The translations under genes were made by a program, and so were the position numbers. From the NCBI GenBank assembly GCA_046726415.1, contig JBKPAK010000011.1:1-13126 (forward strand): a stretch of 13,126 nucleotides of DNA, read 5' to 3'. This stretch comes from Candidatus Methylomirabilota bacterium (GTDB lineage: Bacteria > Methylomirabilota > Methylomirabilia > Rokubacteriales > CSP1-6). Shown one piece after another: positions 8,501 through 13,126 of the stretch; position 1 is the stretch's first letter, and each line of letters begins with the position of its first letter. Under the pieces are notes generated by a model, which had not been told where the DNA came from, made no database searches, and saw only the letters and a program-made list of their open reading frames with translations.

Positions 8501-8700
8501 CAGTCATGACCTCCCACAAAAGGGGGATCGAGGTTGACAGGGGCGCATCAACCGGGTCAAGCCAGTACTACCAGTGGGGGTGTCAGGTTTCTTACCCCCG
8601 CCTCCCCTGGGCGGCGAGAAACAGCGGCACGTGCGTCGATGTCGCTCCACGCGTTCACGCGTTGGGGGGTCAGTAATCGCGCGCGTCACAGGCAGAGGCG

Positions 8701-9606
8701 TCAGGGCTGTCCGCCGTTGGCGAGTTGCTCGAGCACCATCGTCGCGTAGTAGCTCGGGGACTTCCCCCGCACACGAAACGACGCCTGGTCGAACAGGAAG
8801 AGCGCCTCGGCGTCGAAGTGCTCCGCCGGGGCGCCATTGCCCGCGCGCACGGCCAGGGCACTCGCGATCCGGCTAAGGGCTTTGAGAGTCTCGGCCAGGA
8901 CGTGCGGGGGCAGTCGCCTCCCCTCAAGGGAGAGGTGTCCTGGGGTTCGTCCCGGGGGTCCGTCCGAATCGAGAGAGAGAGAAAATGTCTTGTGGTCGAC
9001 TTGGCTGGCCCCGGCGGAGCGATTTTCCGCCACGGTGCGTCTCCGATCTCCGGATTTCTCTCTCTCTCCGATCTCCGATCTCCGTTCTCCGGTCTCCGTC
9101 TCCGATCTCCGTTCTCCGGTTGGTCCCCGTAGGCCTACCTGGGGGCCAGGGGTGGGGGCCTCTATCGGGGCCTCAGCAAGTAAGTCTGCATAGTGTCTAC
9201 GGAACCGACGTACGACTCTCGATGACTTCGGGAGTTTCGATAGCTCGTACTTGATGCCTTTCAGGCTGTCTCCCGAGAGCTTCGCGGGGTCATCACGCAG
9301 GCGATGGCGGATCCAGATCACGTTTTCATCGAAGTCGATGAACGCATCGGCGGCTTTGGGCTTCCTGCTGAGCGCTTCCAAGTGGCCCAAGACATCCTCC
9401 CGGGTAATCGGCTGCCGGCCGGTCTGGAAGTCCTGGAGGATGCAGTCAATGCTCCGCAGGAAGATGCCGGCCTGGTTCGAGAGACGGCCGGTGGAGAGGC
9501 AGAGGAGCAAGCGCGACTCCTCAGGCTCGAGCGTCTTGACGCCAGAGTCTAACCACCAGAGCGAGCGGACATAGCCGTAGCGCCCCTCGGAACGGTTTCG
9601 GCTCAT
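8701..9606 (-). CDS. Phage-type replication initiator / replisome-organiser-like protein
   Basis: ATG 9606 overlaps the upstream stop (ATGA). N-terminus RYGYVRSLWWLD...LEPEESRLLLCLSTGRLSNQAGIF...FIDFDENVIWIRH resembles winged-helix phage Rep N-domains, followed by a low-complexity linker with DNA repeats. Confidence 0.65.
   Translation of the reverse strand: MSRNRSEGRYGYVRSLWWLDSGVKTLEPEESRLLLCLSTGRLSNQAGIFLRSIDCILQDFQTGRQPITREDVLGHLEALSRKPKAADAFIDFDENVIWIRHRLRDDPAKLSGDSLKGIKYELSKLPKSSRVVRRFRRHYADLLAEAPIEAPTPGPQVGLRGPTGERRSETETGERRSEIGEREKSGDRRRTVAENRSAGASQVDHKTFSLSLDSDGPPGRTPGHLSLEGRRLPPHVLAETLKALSRIASALAVRAGNGAPAEHFDAEALFLFDQASFRVRGKSPSYYATMVLEQLANGGQP
9040..9174. repeat. Iteron-like repeat cluster inside the rep gene (putative origin)
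   Basis: Ten TCTCCG units in 9040-9118, including an exact 22-bp repeat at 9072-9093 and 9099-9120; GGGGCCTC at 9155-9162 and 9167-9174. Confidence 0.75.
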
Positions 9607-9742
9607 GCTGGGCCTTCCCTGAAGCCGCACCGCGGACAGCGCGGGCGCAGCTCGGGGGTCACGATCCGCGCGCGCCGCACCGCAGACACTCCCACCGGGT
9701 CGGCGGTGACCACTCAAAAGTGCGATCGATCGTCTCGCTCAC
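9603..9742 (-). pseudogene. Small zinc-ribbon protein (about 45 aa), frameshifted
   Basis: GTG 9742 gives MSETIDRTFEWSPPTRWECLRCGA; removing one CG from the (CG)n run near 9667-9675 continues RIVTPELRPRCPRCGFREGPA*, whose TGA overlaps the rep ATG. Confidence 0.6.
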
Positions 9743-9926
9743 CGGCGCGCCTCGCGTCCGGACTCTGCTCGTGGGCTCCCCCTTTCGCACCGTTGAAGAC
9801 GGCGTTGGTCGCGCGGGCGCGTGCGGACTGATCCTCGGAGGTACTCCGGCGCTTTCGTTCCTCAATCCACGCGAGCAAATCAGGGTGCGAGGGCTTCGTC
9901 CATCTCGCGCGCGTACTCGTCGCGAT

Positions 9927-10205
9927 TCACGACGCGTCGCCATTCCGCGCGCGGCCGTTCTCGAGGGCCTGCGCGAGCGTCACGCCAGGGAGTCGCCGGA
10001 AGTATTCGAGCAGCTCGGATCGCAGCAGGACGACCCGCCCGCCGAGGCGGCGATAGGGCAACAGGCCACGAGCGATCTGCGAGCGCGTGGCCTTCTCGGT
10101 CTCACCGATCAGTTCGGCTCCGGCGGCGACATCGAGCACCTCGCCGTCGAGCCGGCGCCTTCCGCTCTTCATGCCTTTGCGCTTCCGCGGCGGCGTGGGG
10201 TGCAT
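9927..10205 (-). CDS. Excisionase/AlpA-like helix-turn-helix DNA-binding protein
   Basis: VLDVAAGAELIGETEKATRSQIARGLLPYRRLGGRVVLLRSEL fits the HTH_17/Xis pattern. Start overlaps the upstream stop (TGATG); alternative start at 10172. Confidence 0.78.
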   Translation of the reverse strand: MHPTPPRKRKGMKSGRRRLDGEVLDVAAGAELIGETEKATRSQIARGLLPYRRLGGRVVLLRSELLEYFRRLPGVTLAQALENGRARNGDAS

Positions 10206-10414
10206 CAGCGGGGCGGCCTCTCACGCGGCGGCATGGCGCGCAGCGCTTCCGCTACGCGCGTCGCCACCGCCGGCCGCATTGGGAGGCGCTCGGACAACAT
10301 CGCGCCCAACCGGCCAGGGTGGATCTGGACGACGGGCGCCAGCTCGTAGACGCGGATTTGTCGCCGCGCTAACTCCGCTCGCAACTCCCCGGCGGTGATC
10401 GGCTCGCCTTCCAT
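10205..10414 (-). CDS. Small Cro/XRE-like HTH protein
   Basis: ELRAELARRQIRVYELAPVVQIHPGRLGAMLSERLP resembles an XRE HTH; translationally coupled to the Xis-like gene. Alternative start at 10432. Confidence 0.68.
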   Translation of the reverse strand: MEGEPITAGELRAELARRQIRVYELAPVVQIHPGRLGAMLSERLPMRPAVATRVAEALRAMPPRERPPR

Positions 10415-10481
10415 ACGCGCACTGTCACGCATGAGCGCGCGAGACGGAACGGTGGCAAATGCAGAAACCCCGGGGGAGTTT

Positions 10482-11051
10482 TTACCGCTGCGATCTCAGG
10501 GCCTTGAACCAGGGGCGTAGCTCAATCGGGGCCTCGCGCCCGAGCACGGCGGGCCAGAGAATCCGCAGGGTCTGGGCGAGGGTGCCGTCTTCGTAGCGCG
10601 TGATCGGCGCGCCGGCGCCGGACAGGACACGCGCGGTCTCCTCGATCAGCCATCGGGCTTGACTGTCGGCCCCGCGCCCGCGCCGACGTCTGGCGAACCG
10701 CTCGGCGATCGTCGTCAAGGCCGCGTCAATCTCGGTGAGCCCCTCGCGGACGGTCGCCTGAGTCTTCGTGGCGGACCACCCGCGGCGGGTCAACTCGACG
10801 TCGAGGAGGATTTCGGCGAGGTCGTCACGACGGGCGAACGCGCGGAGGCAGGCGCGGACAGAGCGTCGCCGGGCGTCAAGGGTTGCCCGAGTGGCTCCCA
10901 CGTCCGGCGCGGCCAGCGCAGGCACGAGCGCTGCGATCTCTTCGAGCTGGCTGATGACCGCCGAGGCGTCGTACTTTGCGAGCAGCGCGCCGAGCCGGTC
11001 GCGCACGTCCTCGCTGAATCTGACGTCGGGGAGGAACTCGCCCTTGGCCAT
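10482..11051 (-). CDS. Hypothetical protein (189 aa), first gene of the phage-like module
   Basis: ATG preceded by GGGAG, helical protein-like composition, co-oriented with downstream phage-like genes. No family recognised. Confidence 0.6.
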   Translation of the reverse strand: MAKGEFLPDVRFSEDVRDRLGALLAKYDASAVISQLEEIAALVPALAAPDVGATRATLDARRRSVRACLRAFARRDDLAEILLDVELTRRGWSATKTQATVREGLTEIDAALTTIAERFARRRRGRGADSQARWLIEETARVLSGAGAPITRYEDGTLAQTLRILWPAVLGREAPIELRPWFKALRSQR

Positions 11052-11322
11052 GCCCGCTCCCGTGGGGAGCGCCCGAGAGAAGTCGCGGGCCTGGCTGTCG
11101 GGTGCGGCTGTTCGGCGTCGGGGATCAGCCGGCGCCTAGGCCCGCGACACTCAGTCCTACGCCGTCACCCACCCGAGAAAAAGTGTTGTGAATAGCGTTG
11201 GGGAATGAACGGCGAAACCGGGGGAAGCCCGGGGAAAGCCGAGGCGTCAGTGATGCGGCGCTCGGCTCGTCTTCGCGCGGACTTAGTCACTTTTTCGCGC
11301 ACTTGTCGATGATCCTACGCCC

Positions 11323-11604
11323 ATGATCGCCTATCATCGCGACCGGGCGCACATCGAGCGGACTTCGCCGTGGACGGATTTCTATGCCCGGCAGACTGGC
11401 TGGCTTCCGCAGCAAAGCGACTTTCGCGAGCTGGCGCCGGATGGCTTCCAAAAGATCATCTGGCCCGGGCAGGCACAGCGCATCGACGCCGGTGCGCCCG
11501 CACTCGCCAAGGAATACGCCGGGAAATACCAGATCGTGGTCACCGGCCCGGAGTTTCGGGAGTTCCTGGCGCCGGGAGCCACCAAGGTTGCCTTGAGCGC
11601 CTGA
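11323..11604 (+). CDS. Hypothetical protein, probably the 3' part of an interrupted host gene
   Basis: Strong GC3-biased codons and protein-like sequence; no RBS; the frame stays open upstream (VDDPTP) only to a TAG at 11284-11286. Confidence 0.5.
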   Translation: MIAYHRDRAHIERTSPWTDFYARQTGWLPQQSDFRELAPDGFQKIIWPGQAQRIDAGAPALAKEYAGKYQIVVTGPEFREFLAPGATKVALSA

Positions 11605-11610
11605 GCGCGC

Positions 11611-11860
11611 CTACATCGGCGGACGTGCCACGGGCGCCGCGGGAAGCCTGTCCTTCCATTCGAGCTGCGTGCCTTCGGGCAGCAACTGCGCGGCCCGCAC
11701 GATGTCCCAGTTCGTGAGGCGCAGCCCGCCGAGGCTTTCCTGGGTGGCCATGTACCCGGGGATTGCTGGTGCCGTGGTCAGCATGGATGGATAGGGAATA
11801 TCTAGGCGCCCGTTCGTGGCGCCTGTCTTCTTTCTTGCTGCCGGACGGTTGCCCTGACAC
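11611..11860 (-). pseudogene. Probable C-terminal fragment of an unidentified gene
   Basis: DIPYPSMLTTAPAIPGYMATQESLGGLRLTNWDIVRAAQLLPEGTQLEWKDRLP...* is protein-like and ends convergent to 11604; the upstream part of the ORF is an off-frame shadow of vapC and has no clear start. Confidence 0.35.
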
Positions 11861-11960
11861 TGCGTCCGGTCACCGCGACGTAATCTCCCACACTCGGACA
11901 CCGGCCACCCGGGAGCGCGACGCCAGAGCCTCGCGAAGCGGGCGAGCTTCACTGGAGCGA

Positions 11961-12392
11961 TCAGGCCTGGTGGGGAGGCCGCCACCGCAGTCCGGGGAAC
12001 CGGGCGAAGTCCGCGTCGTTCGTGACCCACTCGCACCCGTGCTCGATCGCCACCGCCGCATGATAGGCGTCCGAGACCAGACCGGCGGTCGCCCGCGCGC
12101 GCCGGCACAGGTTGACGAAAATGTCCCAGTGTCGCGGCCCCGGCCGGACCAGGTGGCACACGGGTCGACGCCGCAACTCGGCGACGAACGCGAGCGCCTC
12201 GTCCAGGGTCGATGGACGAACGAGGATCCTCGGATTCGTGACGACGCGCATGAATCCCTGCAGCACCAGCTCCGAGAGCGCGAACGGCTCATCGCCGGCG
12301 GCCAGCGCGGTCAACCACTCCGCATGCTCGACGTGCTCCGCGGTGTCCTCGCGATGCGCGTAGACCAGGACATTCACGTCGGGCATCAACAT
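11961..12392 (-). CDS. vapC: VapC-family PIN-domain toxin (type II TA)
   Basis: PDVNVLVYA, ELVLQGFMRVVTNPRI, LVSDAYHAAVAIEHG and VTNDADFARFPGLRW motifs of Mycobacterium-like PIN toxins. Confidence 0.93.
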   Translation of the reverse strand: MLMPDVNVLVYAHREDTAEHVEHAEWLTALAAGDEPFALSELVLQGFMRVVTNPRILVRPSTLDEALAFVAELRRRPVCHLVRPGPRHWDIFVNLCRRARATAGLVSDAYHAAVAIEHGCEWVTNDADFARFPGLRWRPPHQA

Positions 12393-12404
12393 GGGCAGGG
12401 CGGG

Positions 12405-12665
12405 TCAGCGCCGGCGGCGCTTCCAGCGCGCGAGGTCTTCGGTCTCCTCGAGGGTCCTCAGCCTCGTCACGTCGACACCCGGTCGTAGCCCTCCACCTTT
12501 CACGGTGATGAGCCGGAAGGGGACCGCCTTGGACGGCGCCTCGCGCCTCGTGAGCTGAGCGCGTAGCGCCTCGACAATGACGGCGCTGAACGACTTACCT
12601 TCGGCCCTCGCGCGCCGCTTGAGATCGGCAGCCAGGCCGTCGTCGAGCGTGATCGTCGTCCGCAC
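12405..12665 (-). CDS. vapB: VapB-type ribbon-helix-helix antitoxin
   Basis: MRTTITLDDGLAADLKRRARAEGKSFSAVIVEALR RHH signature, PFRLITV...GLRPGVD C-terminus, 12 nt upstream of vapC. Confidence 0.88.
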   Translation of the reverse strand: MRTTITLDDGLAADLKRRARAEGKSFSAVIVEALRAQLTRREAPSKAVPFRLITVKGGGLRPGVDVTRLRTLEETEDLARWKRRRR

Positions 12666-12701
12666 GCATCACATCATACTCCTGGAGCATCAGTGATGCA
12701 A
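12666..12701 (-). promoter_or_regulatory. sigma70-type promoter and palindromic operator of vapBC
   Basis: Minus strand -35 TTGCAT (12701-12696), 17-bp spacer, -10 TATGAT (12678-12673), 7 nt to the GTG. Palindrome GCATCA-G-TGATGC at 12687-12699 plus a half-site GCATCA at 12666-12671. Confidence 0.8.
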
Positions 12702-12984
12702 GCGGGCTCTCACGCCGGTGCGCACAGGAGTTGTATCGGCGACGGAAGAGCGGTTCCCTGCGGAGTCGAGCGGCTGCACGACCGCGGCCCCGTGCTGAAC
12801 CGGCGCGTGGCCGCCGGGTGAAGGCTGCTGGCTACCGGGCGAGGAGCGCGGCCATCCTCGATCGGCTGGCCGCCATCTCGCGTCCCGCCGCGCTGATGAC
12901 GAGAGCGAAGGCAACGTGAACGACTTCAGACGTTCCCTATGGCTTCAGGTGCGCGTACCCGTCTCGTTGCTGCAGCTGGGTGAT

Positions 12985-13126
12985 ACTACTGGCGCTGGAA
13001 GTCCAGGCCCACCCCGGTCGGCCGCCCGAGACTCGAAGCCCAGCTGCGCGACCTGATCCGACGCATGCCGCGGGAGAATCCGACGTGGGGCGCCGGCGCA
13101 TTCGGGCGGAGCGGGCCCTGCTCGGC
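12985..13126 (+). mobile_element. Degenerate rve-type transposase fragment (HTH region), runs off the window
   Basis: YYWRWKSRPHPGRP / RLEAQLRDLIRRMPRENPTWGA / RRIRAERALLG across frameshifts, matching the WRWKSR..GRP...LIRRMARENPTWG..RI.GEL..LG pattern. Confidence 0.8.

Larger units (their letters stand above)
7920..11310 (-). mobile_element. Phage satellite (PICI-like) or cryptic prophage remnant
   Basis: Compact co-oriented operon hyp-HTH-Xis-small ORFs-Rep-TerS with overlapping starts and stops. Left side truncated at the IS21 fragment; right side ends in repeat-rich non-coding DNA. No integrase in the window. Confidence 0.65.

Noticed and set aside
8504-8689. 61-aa ORF before terS as an HNH endonuclease
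   Set aside because: No HNH or CxxC-CxxCH pattern; it overlaps the putative cos region and may be spurious.
11870-11960. Possible tRNA-derived att remnant downstream of vapC
   Set aside because: No T-loop GTTCGA or CCA end recognisable on either strand.
12702-12984. Short ORFs 12731-12919 and 12690-12914
   Set aside because: Low-complexity Arg/Ala/Pro translations typical of GC-rich non-coding or decayed DNA; no recognisable family.

Overview
GC-rich bacterial accessory region built from several heavily rearranged pieces. Left to right: (1) a zinc-ribbon/class III nucleotide cyclase/STAND-ATPase gene that is frameshifted and cut off before its usual TPR region; (2) a module encoding a repeat-containing fibre-like protein with a putative self-cleaving peptidase-G2-type chaperone domain, the broken 3' end of a second paralogue carrying an IS110 stub, and a tyrosinase interrupted by a single in-frame TAG; (3) rve-type and IS256 transposase remnants; (4) a membrane-anchored pentapeptide-repeat gene split by three +1 frameshifts; (5) an IS21 left end and istA fragment abutting (6) a minus-strand phage-satellite/PICI-like or cryptic prophage module (hypothetical, HTH, Xis-like HTH, small Zn-ribbon, replication initiator with internal iteron-like repeats, cos-like site, P27-family small terminase; no TerL, capsid or integrase seen) with a probable att boundary near 11.3 kb; (7) an intact vapBC operon with a leaderless sigma70-type promoter; (8) another degenerate rve transposase at the right edge. 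All assignments come from motif recognition by eye, without database searches. Several frameshifts lie in short homopolymer or dinucleotide runs, so sequencing error cannot be excluded.
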